From: Patescibacteria group bacterium
Lineage (GTDB): Bacteria > Patescibacteriota > Microgenomatia > CAYGWK01
Assembly: GCA_049322615.1 (NCBI GenBank)
Contig: JBMORX010000005.1
Location: 395-64,394, forward strand
Length of the DNA stretch: 64,000 nucleotides
Reading direction: 5' to 3'
Below the pieces are notes generated by a model. That model was given only the letters and a program-made list of their open reading frames with translations, had not been told where the DNA came from and ran no database searches. Shown in pieces: positions 26,587-36,959 of this stretch (positions are counted from its first letter, which is position 1; each line of letters begins with the position of its first letter). The translations under genes and the position numbers were made by a program.

Positions 26587-26967
26587 ATGCAAAAAGGCCA
26601 AGAAGAGATTAAGAAAAAATTTAAAGCAAGACTTTATGCGTTTATTCTGAAACTAATCGAGTTTATCGATGATTTACCAAAAAAAGACAGAGTTTGTCTT
26701 ATTCTTGGGGATCAACTTTTAAGAAGCGGGACAAGCATTCTTGGTAATTGGATTGAAGGACAAGCTTCGAGTTCAAAAAAAGATTTTTTGGTTTTCCTAG
26801 AGCGATGTCTTAAATCTACTAATGAGAGTAAAATCTGGTTGGCTATCTTGCGAGATTCTGGAAGAGCGGAAAGAAAAAGAGCAGGCTGGTTTTTGAAAGA
26901 ATTAGAGGAATTCGCTAACATCTTTGCTTCGAGCATCTTAACAATCAAGGGTAAAAAATCTATTTGA
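26587..26967 (+). CDS. Four helix bundle protein flanked by inverted AAATAGY arrays
   Basis: DQLLRSGTSILGN.IEG..SSKKDF; flanks 26542-26586 and 26963-27006. Confidence 0.9.
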   Translation: MQKGQEEIKKKFKARLYAFILKLIEFIDDLPKKDRVCLILGDQLLRSGTSILGNWIEGQASSSKKDFLVFLERCLKSTNESKIWLAILRDSGRAERKRAGWFLKELEEFANIFASSILTIKGKKSI

Positions 26968-27018
26968 AATTTACTATGTATATTTACTATTTACATTTTG
27001 ATATTTAAAATTCCCAAG

Positions 27019-27216
27019 ATGAGTCCAACTGACCCACAGTTTTTATACATGATTTTGGTTCTGCCTACTCTTTTTGGGTTAACCTTGATAGGGGAGGGAT
27101 TAAATAAGATTTTGAAGAATGAAACCCAAGGTTGGCTTTCAATTGTTTTTGGAGCTTTATTTATCGGGGTGGTGATTTTCGCTTTCTTTTTCTTTTCTTC
27201 TGCCCTAAAGCCATAA
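27019..27216 (+). CDS. Small two-TM membrane protein
   Basis: Hydrophobic ORF in operon context. Confidence 0.65.
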   Translation: MSPTDPQFLYMILVLPTLFGLTLIGEGLNKILKNETQGWLSIVFGALFIGVVIFAFFFFSSALKP

Positions 27217-27222
27217 AAATAT

Positions 27223-29040
27223 ATGAAATTTTCCGAACTTTCAAAGTTTCTTCAGGAACTTGAAGAGACATCCTCAAGAAATAGGATGATTGAGATTCTC
27301 GCCGAACTCTTCAAGGTTTCGAGTAAAGAGGAGATTGATAAAATCTGCTATCTAACTTTGGGGCAACTGGCGCCTTTATATGCTCAAGTTGAATTTAATT
27401 TGGCGGAAAAAATGATTGTGCGAGCTCTATCTTTGGGATACAATGTTAATCCAGAAAGTGTTGTTAAACAATATAAGAAGGTTGGTGATTTGGGAGACGT
27501 TGCCGAAGAGCTCGCAAAATCAAAAATCGCGCCGCCGGCAAAGCCTTCTCGCCGTCGCGAAGCCTCGCTATGGCGGAGCACGGTGGCGACGCACGGCAAA
27601 ACTCAAAAATCAAAATTGAGCGTTGTGGACGTCTACGAAAGATTAATGGATATTGCCACGGAAACAGGAGAGGGTAGCCAAGAAAGAAAACTTGGCGGAA
27701 TGGCAAAATTACTTTCAGAACTTGAGCCGCTTTCTGCCAAATATGTCGTCCGAATCCCCTTGGGAAGATTAAGACTTGGTTTTTCTGATTTAACAATTTT
27801 GGATGCCCTATCTTGGATGATCGCTGGCGATAAATCAAAAAGAGGGGAGATTGAGGAGGCTTTTAATGTTAGAGCCGATATTGGTCAAATTGCTAAATTG
27901 ATAAAAGAAAAGGGCCTGAAGGCCTTGGTGGGGATTAAGGTTTCTTTGGGAACGCCCATTATGCCGGCTTTATGCCAGAGGCTGCCAACGGCCGAGGAGA
28001 TGATTAAAAAAATGGTCCTTCGACAAGCTCAGGATAAAGTGGCGGTTGAGCCAAAATATGATGGCACTCGCCTTGGGGTTCATTTTTCCAGGCTACACCC
28101 CAGGGGTGTAAACGTCAATATTTTTACCAGAAATTTAGAAAATGTAGCTCAAATGTTTCCTGATATTACCGAAGCACTCCCCAAGGAGGTAAAAGCCAGA
28201 GAGGCAATTTTGGATGGAGAGGCAATAGGTTTTGATCCAAAAACCGGCAAGTTTTTGCCTTTCCAGGAAACAATTAAGAGAAAAAGGAAATATGAAGTCA
28301 AAGAGAAAGCCAAAGAAATTCCCTTAAAATATTTTGCCTTTGATATTTTATTTAAAGACGGAAAGGACTTGTTGGCTGTGCCTTTTGATCAAAGGCGACA
28401 GATTTTAGAAAAGACTCTTTCTCCGGCTAATCAAACCATTGTTCTTTCGCCGCAAATCGTGACTGATAATGCCGAAACTCTCCGCCGGTTCCATGATGAA
28501 CAAGTTAAAAACGGGCTTGAGGGAGCGGTGGTTAAAAAATGGCAAGCGCCCTATGATCCGGGCAGAAGAGGCTATACTTGGGTGAAATTTAAAGAAGAGG
28601 AGACAAAAAAGGGTGGAGGGTTGGCTGATACTTTGGATTGCGTGGTTATGGGATATTATAAAGGTAGGGGAAAAAGAGCCGGATTTGGAATTGGGGCTTT
28701 CTTGGTAGGAGTAAGGAGGGGAGAGGAATTTTTAACCATCTCAAAAATTGGCACGGGCCTAACAGATGAGCAATGGCGAGAGATGAGGGTGAGAAGTGAG
28801 AAGTGGGAAGTGGGAAGTCAGCCAAAGCAATACTTGGTTGATAAGAATCTGGTGCCTGATGTTTGGTGCCAGCCAGCGATTGTGGTTGAGATTCAGGCGG
28901 ATAATATTACTAAGTCGCCAATTCATACCGCCAAATATGCCCTGCGTTTTCCCCGGCTAGTCCGTTTTCGCGAGGACAAATCTCCACAAGAAGCAACCAC
29001 TCTTGCCGAAGCAGAAAAACTCTACCGGCTTCAAAAATAA
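27223..29040 (+). CDS. lig: ATP-dependent DNA ligase (archaeal/eukaryal type)
   Basis: N-terminal DNA-binding domain, EPKYDGTR, LDGE, EGAVVK, LRFPR. Confidence 0.95.
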   Translation: MKFSELSKFLQELEETSSRNRMIEILAELFKVSSKEEIDKICYLTLGQLAPLYAQVEFNLAEKMIVRALSLGYNVNPESVVKQYKKVGDLGDVAEELAKSKIAPPAKPSRRREASLWRSTVATHGKTQKSKLSVVDVYERLMDIATETGEGSQERKLGGMAKLLSELEPLSAKYVVRIPLGRLRLGFSDLTILDALSWMIAGDKSKRGEIEEAFNVRADIGQIAKLIKEKGLKALVGIKVSLGTPIMPALCQRLPTAEEMIKKMVLRQAQDKVAVEPKYDGTRLGVHFSRLHPRGVNVNIFTRNLENVAQMFPDITEALPKEVKAREAILDGEAIGFDPKTGKFLPFQETIKRKRKYEVKEKAKEIPLKYFAFDILFKDGKDLLAVPFDQRRQILEKTLSPANQTIVLSPQIVTDNAETLRRFHDEQVKNGLEGAVVKKWQAPYDPGRRGYTWVKFKEEETKKGGGLADTLDCVVMGYYKGRGKRAGFGIGAFLVGVRRGEEFLTISKIGTGLTDEQWREMRVRSEKWEVGSQPKQYLVDKNLVPDVWCQPAIVVEIQADNITKSPIHTAKYALRFPRLVRFREDKSPQEATTLAEAEKLYRLQK

Positions 29041-29074
29041 TTTTGCCGATTTCGTGTTAAAATGGGTTTAAAAT

Positions 29075-29302
29075 ATGGGAAAAGAAGGACAGATAATAGG
29101 AGAAGAATTTGGAGCTGGTTTTGTGGCTAGAAAAGCTAATGAGACAGCGATGCGTATTATACCAGTCGTCTATGAATTACAGACGGCATATCTTCATAGG
29201 GGAGGGTTAAAAGCAGTCGGGATATTGGTAGGGCTTTTGGTATGGTGGGAGATGCAAAAAAGGTTGGGTTTGCCTATTTCGCCAGGATTGTTTAAGAAAT
29301 AG
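29075..29302 (+). CDS. Hypothetical protein
   Basis: 75-aa ORF with TGTTAAAAT upstream. Confidence 0.5.
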   Translation: MGKEGQIIGEEFGAGFVARKANETAMRIIPVVYELQTAYLHRGGLKAVGILVGLLVWWEMQKRLGLPISPGLFKK

Positions 29303-29332
29303 GCAAACCCTAGAATGTGCTAAAATGAATTT

Positions 29333-31801
29333 GTGGACACTGGTTTGACTTCAGATGAAGCGCGAGCGCGCTTGGAGAAATTTGGTTTAAATACTTTACC
29401 CGAGAAGCCTCCGCCTTCTTCTTTTTTGATTCTTTTTGACCAGTTTAAATCACCCTTGGTTTATATTCTTCTTTTGGCTGCCTTAGTTACTCTTTTTTTA
29501 AGGGATTTTCCCGATACCGGAATTATTTTATTTGCCGTTTTCTTAAATACCATTTTGGGCTTTTATCAAGAGAGAAAAGCCAAAAGAGCGCTATATGCTT
29601 TAGCCAAAGTTTTAACCCCTCAAGCAAAAGTTATTCGCGATGGGGAAAGAAAAATAATTGATGCCAGGCATTTAGTTCCTGGGGACTTGGTGGTTTTGGA
29701 GATTGGGGACAAAATTCCTGCTGATGGAGTTTTAGTTGAGGCGGTTGATTTGAGTGTGAATGAAGCCGTCCTCACAGGCGAATCGGTACCTGTAAGGAAA
29801 GTGGCGATTGAGAATGTATTTATGGGAACTATTGTTGCTTCGGGAAGAGGTCTAATGCAGGTAAGACAAACTGGGACATTGACGAAAATGGGCGAGATTG
29901 CCAAAACTCTTAAAGAAAAAGAAGAAGAAACGCCGCTTGAGAGGCGGTTGGCTGATCTAGCCAAGACTTTGGCAATTTTAGTGATTGGGGCGGCTCTTTT
30001 TATTTTTTTAAGTGGAATAATTTTGGGTAAAAGCGTGACAGAGATGTTTACCACGAGCGTGGCTTTAGCGGTAGCGGCTATTCCCGAAGGTTTAGTCGTT
30101 TCCCTGACGGTCATTTTAGCCATTGGAGTGCAAAGAATTTTTAAAAGAAAGGCTTTAGTGAAAAATCTTGCCTCGGCCGAGACCTTGGGGAGTGTAACGA
30201 CAATCTGCGCCGATAAAACCGGAACTTTAACTGAAGGAAAGATGCGGGTAGTGAAAGCCGTTACCGAGGTGTCAAGGGCAGTTCACCTTAGAGGTGGTCC
30301 AGGTAGGACACCTCAGAAGGAATTACTGGTGATGGCGGCTGTTCTTTGCAATAATCTCCACGATCCTTTGGAGGTGGCGATGCTTGAGTGGGGGGAAAAA
30401 AATTTAATCCGCCAACAGGGCGGAGAAAATTTAAAATTGGAGTATCCGCGACTGGATGAAATACCGTTTTCGTCGCAGACAAAAATTATTGCCACCCTTC
30501 ATCCCGGAATACTTTTTGTTTCTGGGGCGCCGGAAGTGGTAATAAGCAAATGTCAAATGTCAAATATCAAATGGCAAATCTGGAAGAAAAAGTTTGAAGA
30601 ATATGGGAGGGAAGGATACCGACTGGTAGGATTTGCCTATAAAGAAATCGAAAATCAAAAATCAAAACTTAAAAATGAAGATTTAAAAGACCTTGAGTGG
30701 TTGGGACTTTTGCTTTATGAGGACCCGGTTCGGCCTGAGGTTAGCGGGGTATTAAGAGAGTGTCAGCAGGCAGGAATTAAGGTCAAAATTATCACCGGAG
30801 ACTATCCGGCGACTTCTTTGGCAGTTTTGGAAAAATTGGGAATAAGAGTCGCCCAAGACGAGGTGATGGAGGGAGAGGAGCTTGAGGAAATTTCTCAAGA
30901 GGAACTCAAGAAAAGAATTGACAAAATTATTCTTTTTGCCCGCACCGATCCCTTTCAAAAATTAAAAATTGTTGAGGTTCTTAAACAGAGAGGTGAGGTG
31001 GTGGCGATGACCGGCGATGGGGTGAACGATGCTCCTGCCTTACAAAAAGCCGATATTGGAATCGTGGTGAGGGAGTCGTCGGAGGTTGCTAAGGAAACGG
31101 CTGATATGGTTCTCCTTGATTCGAATTTCAAAACAATCGTGGCGGCGATTGAGGAGGGAAGGGGAATTTTTGATAATCTTCGAAAAATTGTCCTTTATCT
31201 TTTGGCTGATGCTTTCGGAGAGCTGATAGCAATTTTTGGGGCTTTATTGATGGGTTTTCCTCTACCTCTTTTGGTTGGCCAAATTCTTTGGATAAATCTT
31301 GTTTCTGATGGCTTTCCTGGCCTTGCCTTAACCGTTGATTCTAAAAGAGAAGGAATTATGAGGGAACTGCCGCTTAATCCAAAAGAAAGCCTCTTAAATT
31401 TAGAAATCAAGGTCTTGATTTTCTTAATCAGTCTTTTTGCCGGCCTTTCGACCTTATTTATTTTCTCTCTTTTTCTTCAACAGACAGGTGACCTTAGCCT
31501 TTCTCGCTCTTTGGCTTTTGCTCTTTTGGGGACTAATTCTTTGTTTTATGTTTTTTCCTGCCGCTTTCTCCGGAAGCCTTTCTGGCAAACGAATATTTTT
31601 TCAAACCATTGGTTGATTTTAGGGATTGGGGCGGGTTTTCTACTTTTGGTTTCTGCTTTTTATTTTCCTCCCTTGGTTTTTCTTTTACGAACCTCGTCTT
31701 TGGGTATTTTTGAGTGGGGGATGGTGATGGCAATGGGTCTTTTTGTCGTTATTTTGATTGAGGGAACAAAATTTGTTTTTGTGTTAAAATCGAAAAGATG
31801 A
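29333..31801 (+). CDS. P2-type (Ca2+-like) cation-transporting ATPase
   Basis: [27 protein letters not shown]. Confidence 0.93.
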   Translation: MDTGLTSDEARARLEKFGLNTLPEKPPPSSFLILFDQFKSPLVYILLLAALVTLFLRDFPDTGIILFAVFLNTILGFYQERKAKRALYALAKVLTPQAKVIRDGERKIIDARHLVPGDLVVLEIGDKIPADGVLVEAVDLSVNEAVLTGESVPVRKVAIENVFMGTIVASGRGLMQVRQTGTLTKMGEIAKTLKEKEEETPLERRLADLAKTLAILVIGAALFIFLSGIILGKSVTEMFTTSVALAVAAIPEGLVVSLTVILAIGVQRIFKRKALVKNLASAETLGSVTTICADKTGTLTEGKMRVVKAVTEVSRAVHLRGGPGRTPQKELLVMAAVLCNNLHDPLEVAMLEWGEKNLIRQQGGENLKLEYPRLDEIPFSSQTKIIATLHPGILFVSGAPEVVISKCQMSNIKWQIWKKKFEEYGREGYRLVGFAYKEIENQKSKLKNEDLKDLEWLGLLLYEDPVRPEVSGVLRECQQAGIKVKIITGDYPATSLAVLEKLGIRVAQDEVMEGEELEEISQEELKKRIDKIILFARTDPFQKLKIVEVLKQRGEVVAMTGDGVNDAPALQKADIGIVVRESSEVAKETADMVLLDSNFKTIVAAIEEGRGIFDNLRKIVLYLLADAFGELIAIFGALLMGFPLPLLVGQILWINLVSDGFPGLALTVDSKREGIMRELPLNPKESLLNLEIKVLIFLISLFAGLSTLFIFSLFLQQTGDLSLSRSLAFALLGTNSLFYVFSCRFLRKPFWQTNIFSNHWLILGIGAGFLLLVSAFYFPPLVFLLRTSSLGIFEWGMVMAMGLFVVILIEGTKFVFVLKSKR

Positions 31802-32736
31802 TAATTGCCCTTTTTTCCTTTTTTATAAGTCTTGCGGTTGTTATTTTTGGAGCAAAGCTTCTTCTGGCGGCTTCAATCTCTTTATCCCGCTTTTTACGTC
31901 TTCCGGAAATGGTTGTTGGGGCAACCCTGGTTTCCTTAATTACGACGATGCCGGAAAATCTTGTTTCTATCTTTGCCTCTGTTAGTGCTCACCGCGGGCT
32001 GGCTTTGGGTGATGTTGTTGGGAGCGGCTTAGTCAATTTAGGGCTTATTTTTGGGATAGTTCTTTTGGCTGGTCATGGCCAAGGCGAGAAAGAAGGAAGA
32101 GGGAGGAGAAGAAGTCTTATTCTTTTTTGTTTAGTCCTTTTGATTTCACTTTGGCTTTTAATTTTTGGCAAAATTGGTTCTTATGGGGGAGCTGCCCTAA
32201 TTTTGGCTGCCTTTGTTTTTCTTGGTTATACCTTTTGGTACACTTTAAAGGAATCAGGCGAAAGTTTAAAAATTATTGAAATTAAACTTGAAACCCACCC
32301 AAAAGTAATTTTTAAGTTTTTCTTAGGAGCTCTGCTTTTAATCTTGGGGGCAAGATTTTTGGTTTCTTCAGGCGTTAGTCTTGCCCAAATTTTAGGCTTG
32401 CCAGAGATTTTAATTGGAATTACCTTGGTGGCGGTTGGAACTTCGCTTCCCGAACTTGCGACTGCCTTAACTGCTTTATTTTCTGGTCACGAAAAACTTT
32501 CTTTGGGCAACCTAACCGGAGCAACAGTTCTGACTTTTACTTTAGCCCTAGGGTTGGTGGCGGTAATTTCTGGGGTTGAAGCGGGAGAAGAGAAGTTAAA
32601 AATTGATTTCTTGGCGCTTTTGCTATTTAGCGGTTTAACTTTGGTTTTTGCTCATTTTCCAAAACTTCCCCAAAGAATCCTGGGCGGAATTCTGGTTATT
32701 AGTTATTTTTGCTATCTTGGTTATTTATTTTTGTAA
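31798..32736 (+). CDS. Ca2+/Na+ antiporter (CaCA, YrbG-like)
   Basis: Alpha repeats TTMPE and GTSLPE; multiple TMs. Confidence 0.9.
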   Translation: MIIALFSFFISLAVVIFGAKLLLAASISLSRFLRLPEMVVGATLVSLITTMPENLVSIFASVSAHRGLALGDVVGSGLVNLGLIFGIVLLAGHGQGEKEGRGRRRSLILFCLVLLISLWLLIFGKIGSYGGAALILAAFVFLGYTFWYTLKESGESLKIIEIKLETHPKVIFKFFLGALLLILGARFLVSSGVSLAQILGLPEILIGITLVAVGTSLPELATALTALFSGHEKLSLGNLTGATVLTFTLALGLVAVISGVEAGEEKLKIDFLALLLFSGLTLVFAHFPKLPQRILGGILVISYFCYLGYLFL

Positions 32737-32852
32737 TGAAGATAATCGCTGATCTACATTTTCATAGTAAGTACTCACGCGCCCCGTCTAATCTTAGCAC
32801 TCGGCTTTTCAGTACTATTCGTACACGCCTCGTGCTGCGATTTTTACGGGGC
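32736..32852 (+). repeat. False start of PHP/EndoQ gene plus E-family hairpin (32781-32852)
   Basis: MKIIADLHFHSKYSRA vs MQITADLHFHSKYSRA; 32763-32782 identical to 32908-32927. Confidence 0.88.
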
Positions 32853-32880
32853 AGCTTTTTAATGGTGTTAAAATAGTCCT

Positions 32881-34299
32881 ATGCAGATCACTGCTGACTT
32901 GCACTTCCATAGTAAGTACTCACGCGCGGTTTCCCAACAAATGGTTTTGCCGGAAATCGCCAAATGGGCCAACTTTAAGGGAATTGATTTAGTCACCACC
33001 GCTGATTTCACTCACCCCTTATGGCTTAGGGAGATTAAGGCAAATCTTGAGGAGAAAAGGGAGGGAATTTATAGAGTTAAAGGTCAAGAAAAACCCTTAT
33101 TTTTATTGACAACGGAAATCTCAAGCATTTATACCCAAAATGGAAAACTTAGGCGAATTCACAATCTGGTCTTTGCCCCAAATTTAGAAGAAGCGGAAAA
33201 AATTGAGACAGAGTTGGCCAGGAGAGGGAATGTCATGTCTGATGGTCGGCCGATTTTTGGGCTTTCCGCTCGGGATATTGCGGATTTGATTTTAAACCTT
33301 TCCCCGGAAGCGTTGATTGTCCCAGCGCATTGCTGGACTCCCCATTTCGCTTTGTATGGTTCAGAATCTGGATTTGATTCTATCGAAGAATGTTTCGGTG
33401 ACATGGCGAAAAATATTTATGCAGTGGAGACCGGTTTGTCAAGTAGCCCTGAAATGAACTGGAGAGTAGGGGAACTAGATAGACGGTCAATTATTTCCTG
33501 CTCCGATGCCCATTCGGGGGCAAAATTGGGAAGAGAAGCAACAGTGTTTGAGATAGAAGATATCAAGAAATTAAGATATGAAGATATTAGGGAAGCGATA
33601 AGAAGTGGGGGTGGGAAGTGGGAAATGGGTCGGGAAGTGGGGGTGGGAAGTGAGGAGAAAAGAGGAAAACCCCACATCTCATACACAATTGAATTCTATC
33701 CCGAGGAGGGGAAATACCATTATACTGGGCATCGAAATTGTAATGTTCGCCAATCGCCCGAAGAAACCCGCCGGCTGGGCGAGGTGTGCCCTGTATGTGG
33801 TAAACATTTGACCGTTGGAGTGATGCATCGCGTAGAAGAGCTGGCAACGCGCGAAATTTCCGCCTTCGCTAAAGCTTCGGCGGACAAGAAAAATGAAAAA
33901 CCTGCCTCGCCGACAGGCGGGTTAAAAATTAAAAATGACGAAAAAGAGGTGAAGTGGATTGGATACGAGAATAGACCTCCTTATGTGATGTTAGTCCCGC
34001 TTTTGGAGATTTTAGCCGAGTCACTAAATACCATTATTAGTAGTCAAAAGGTAATTTCCGAGTACAGAAAGTTAACAGAGAATTTTAGGGGAGAATTTGG
34101 GGTTTTACTAAACACTGATATTTCTGAAATTGCCAAAATTTCCGGTCTAAGGATAGCCGAGGGAATAAAAAAAGTCCGCTCTGGTGATATTGTCGTTGAC
34201 CCGGGTTACGACGGCGTCTTTGGCACCGTCAAAATCTGGCCCGAGGGAAAAGATGTTGCCAAAGAGGAAGAAGAAAAAGAACAACTAGCATTATTCTAA
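32881..34299 (+). CDS. PHP-domain endonuclease Q-like protein
   Basis: DLHFHSKYSRA, ADFTHP, PAHCWTP, SDAHS, GKYH..GHRNC, CPVCG, PGYDG. Confidence 0.85.
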   Translation: MQITADLHFHSKYSRAVSQQMVLPEIAKWANFKGIDLVTTADFTHPLWLREIKANLEEKREGIYRVKGQEKPLFLLTTEISSIYTQNGKLRRIHNLVFAPNLEEAEKIETELARRGNVMSDGRPIFGLSARDIADLILNLSPEALIVPAHCWTPHFALYGSESGFDSIEECFGDMAKNIYAVETGLSSSPEMNWRVGELDRRSIISCSDAHSGAKLGREATVFEIEDIKKLRYEDIREAIRSGGGKWEMGREVGVGSEEKRGKPHISYTIEFYPEEGKYHYTGHRNCNVRQSPEETRRLGEVCPVCGKHLTVGVMHRVEELATREISAFAKASADKKNEKPASPTGGLKIKNDEKEVKWIGYENRPPYVMLVPLLEILAESLNTIISSQKVISEYRKLTENFRGEFGVLLNTDISEIAKISGLRIAEGIKKVRSGDIVVDPGYDGVFGTVKIWPEGKDVAKEEEEKEQLALF

Positions 34300-34308
34300 C
34301 TAATTGCT

Positions 34309-34329
34309 TGACAGGGTCCGTCCCTGTCA
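34309..34329. repeat. REP-like palindrome TGACAGGGTCCGTCCCTGTCA (also 40799, 50780, 51841)
   Basis: Three identical copies and one 1-nt variant. Confidence 0.85.
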
Positions 34330-34389
34330 GGGAACGCGACCAGGAAACGAGGCCTGGGTGGATTTCCTACTTCTGTTCTAGGCTAAGGT

Positions 34390-35370
34390 ATGGAACCAAT
34401 AAAACTTAAGACAAAAACAGAATTAGAAGTAATTCCCACTTCTCCTTTTCATTTTGATTCGACTTTTTATAAGCCGGCGCATTTTCCAACCAAAGATATG
34501 AGATACGAGCCGGGAAAAAGATGGCAGACCATGCTTTGGAACGAAGAAAAACTTGGCCTGATTTTCGAGAATTCTGGGACCAGGGAGAATCCGCGAGTTA
34601 CTGTTTATATCTTTTCCAAAGAAAAACTTTCTCCTGAATTTCTGAAATCATTGAAAAAAGAAATTATTTGGCGATTTAATCTGGATTTGGATTTGTCTGG
34701 ATTTTACCAAGATGTTAGCCAAGATCCGCTTCTTAAGCCGATTATCAAAAGATTTTATGGGTTGCGACCCATGCATGCCGGTTCTTTATATGAATATTTA
34801 ATTATTGATATTGTTTTGCAAAATGCTCAAGTTAAAAGAAGTGTTTATATGATGCAAACACTTTTTGAGAATTATGGGAGTTTACTTGAATTTGATAATC
34901 AGAAATTCTGGGCTTTCTGGGAACCAAGGGTTTTAGTTCAAACAAGCGAGCAAAAACTGCGCGATTTGAAAATGGGTTATCGAGCTAAATCTTTGATTAA
35001 AGTTTCTGAACCGTTCTCAAGCGGAGAAATTGACGAATTAAAGTTAAGAAATGCTTCCCAAGAAGAGCAGGAGAAAACCCTTCTTTCCCTTTACGGAATC
35101 GGTCCAGCCTCAGTTGGCTATATTATGTTTGATGTTTTCCATCGCTTTGATTTTCTAAAACACATCTCTCCCTGGGAGCAGAAAATTTATAACAAAATAT
35201 TTTTTAATAAAGACTGGGAGAAAGAACTGGTGCCGGTTAGAGAAATGCTAAGATATTTTCAGAAATGGGGAAAATGGAAAAATCTGGCGGTTCATTATGT
35301 TTGGGAAGATATTTGGTGGCGCCGAAGGAAAAAGCATCTTCCCTGGCTTGAAAGACTGATTCGGCTTTAA
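34390..35370 (+). CDS. HhH-GPD DNA glycosylase-like protein (AlkA/Ogg-like)
   Basis: IVLQNA, MGYRAK, LLSLYGIGPASV HhH motif. Confidence 0.75.
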   Translation: MEPIKLKTKTELEVIPTSPFHFDSTFYKPAHFPTKDMRYEPGKRWQTMLWNEEKLGLIFENSGTRENPRVTVYIFSKEKLSPEFLKSLKKEIIWRFNLDLDLSGFYQDVSQDPLLKPIIKRFYGLRPMHAGSLYEYLIIDIVLQNAQVKRSVYMMQTLFENYGSLLEFDNQKFWAFWEPRVLVQTSEQKLRDLKMGYRAKSLIKVSEPFSSGEIDELKLRNASQEEQEKTLLSLYGIGPASVGYIMFDVFHRFDFLKHISPWEQKIYNKIFFNKDWEKELVPVREMLRYFQKWGKWKNLAVHYVWEDIWWRRRKKHLPWLERLIRL

Positions 35371-35427
35371 ATGGGACACAGCCAGAAGCGGTCGCGTGTA
35401 GCTGTGTCCCAAAAGAGGTTGGGGAAA

Positions 35428-35589
35428 ATGAAGATTTTAGAGAAAGTTAATAATTTTTCTAAAGCAAAACTGATTTTTTTGATTGTGGCGGTGGGTTTCC
35501 TTGTTTATTTCAACTCTCTTTTTAATGGTTTTGTTTGGGATGATGAGGAACAGATTGTCAAAAATCCCCTGATCCAAGCAAAAGATTGA
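35428..35589 (+). pseudogene. N-terminal fragment of a TMTC-like membrane glycosyltransferase/TPR protein
   Basis: YFNSLFNGFVWDDEEQIVKNPLI then an early stop. Confidence 0.55.
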
Positions 35590-35611
35590 TTTTTGAATTT
35601 ACACCCCTTGA

Positions 35612-35685
35612 CCCCGTATGGTCTTACTTCTCACCTTTTCACCCCGATTTAATCGGGGACGGTTCGTGCTGCAATTTTAACGGGG
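35612..35685. repeat. E-family hairpin
   Basis: CCCCGT..TTA..TC..TTTTCA..AC..TC..TGC..ACGGGG; flanked by CTTGAC on both sides. Confidence 0.7.
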
Positions 35686-35870
35686 CTTGACAATGGTTAA
35701 GTATTTATGAAAGGATATATTTAGTAATTGAATGTGAGACGAAATCACTGAAAGCACAGAAATTTCAGTGCTTTCTGTTAAATTCAGTGCTCTTTCGGTG
35801 ATTAGGGGGTGCATTCGGAAACAGAACTTCCTACTCCTGAAGGCACAGAGAAAGGGGGTGAAAAATAAAA

Positions 35871-36197
35871 ATGGCAGAAGGAAAAACCGGAACTGGGCTT
35901 CCGACAAACACGGCCGCCGCTTTGTCCTATGTCTTAGGCTGGCTAACCGGCATCGTTTTTCTCTTAATTGAGAAAGACCCATTTGTTCGCTTCCACGCCA
36001 TGCAGTCAATCATTACTTTCGGGCTTTTGACAGTTTTGTCCTTTGTTCCGATAGTTGGCTGGATGCTGTCTCCATTTTTAATGATAATTGGGTTTATTCT
36101 CTGGTTAGTTTTAATCTTCAAGGCTTATCAGGGAGAAAAGTTTAAGGTGCCGGTGATTGGCGATTTTGCCGAAAAGCAGGTAGAAAAAGTAAAATAA
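35871..36197 (+). CDS. DUF4870-like membrane protein
   Basis: AALSY..GIVFLLIEK..FVRFHAMQS..KAYQGE..P.IG. Confidence 0.85.
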   Translation: MAEGKTGTGLPTNTAAALSYVLGWLTGIVFLLIEKDPFVRFHAMQSIITFGLLTVLSFVPIVGWMLSPFLMIIGFILWLVLIFKAYQGEKFKVPVIGDFAEKQVEKVK

Positions 36198-36324
36198 ATT
36201 GACCTAATTAACCTAATTTCTAATTGACCTAAAATTTTGGTCATTTGGAAATTGGGATTTGATTAGAATAATTAGAAATTAGTAATTAGAAATTTTTTTT
36301 GGCTCCTGTTATACTTCTTGTTAG

Positions 36325-36951
36325 ATGATCTTCAAAAATCGCCAAGAGGCAGGAAAGAAACTAGCGACTAAGCTACAAAGCCACAAAGCAACCAAGAATT
36401 TACTGGTGTTAGCGATTCCGAGGGGGGGAGTGGTGGTGGGGAAAATTCTTGCCCAAGCGCTGAATTGTCCTTTGGATGTTTTGATTACCAGAAAGGTTGG
36501 CGCTCCGGGAAATCCGGAATTGGCAATTGGCGCGGTTGGACCAGGGGGAATAAGAATAATAGACTGGGATTTGGTAGAAAGAGTGGGAGCAGACAATAAT
36601 TATATTAAAAAGCAAATATCAAATATCAAAAAGGAAATCGAAGAGAAAGAAAAAAAATTTAGGATAGGTAAGAAACCGCTTGAGGTTAAAGATAAAATTG
36701 TTATCTTAACCGATGACGGGATTGCCACTGGAGCAACAACTGAAGCCGCCATTGCCTGGTTAAGAACAAAAAAAGCAAAAAAGATAATTTTGGCCGTTCC
36801 GGTGGCGCCGCCAGAGGTGGTTGAGAAATTAAAGCCCTTAGTTGATGAACTAATGGTTCTTGATCAGCCAGAATTTTTCGCCGCTGTTGGTCAATTTTAT
36901 CAAGAATTTGAACAAGTAACGGACGACAAAGTCGTCGAGTTACTTAAGTAA
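36325..36951 (+). CDS. Phosphoribosyltransferase-like protein
   Basis: FKNRQEAG, PRGG, TDDGIATG, AVGQFY. Confidence 0.9.
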   Translation: MIFKNRQEAGKKLATKLQSHKATKNLLVLAIPRGGVVVGKILAQALNCPLDVLITRKVGAPGNPELAIGAVGPGGIRIIDWDLVERVGADNNYIKKQISNIKKEIEEKEKKFRIGKKPLEVKDKIVILTDDGIATGATTEAAIAWLRTKKAKKIILAVPVAPPEVVEKLKPLVDELMVLDQPEFFAAVGQFYQEFEQVTDDKVVELLK

Positions 36952-36959
36952 TTAAATCC

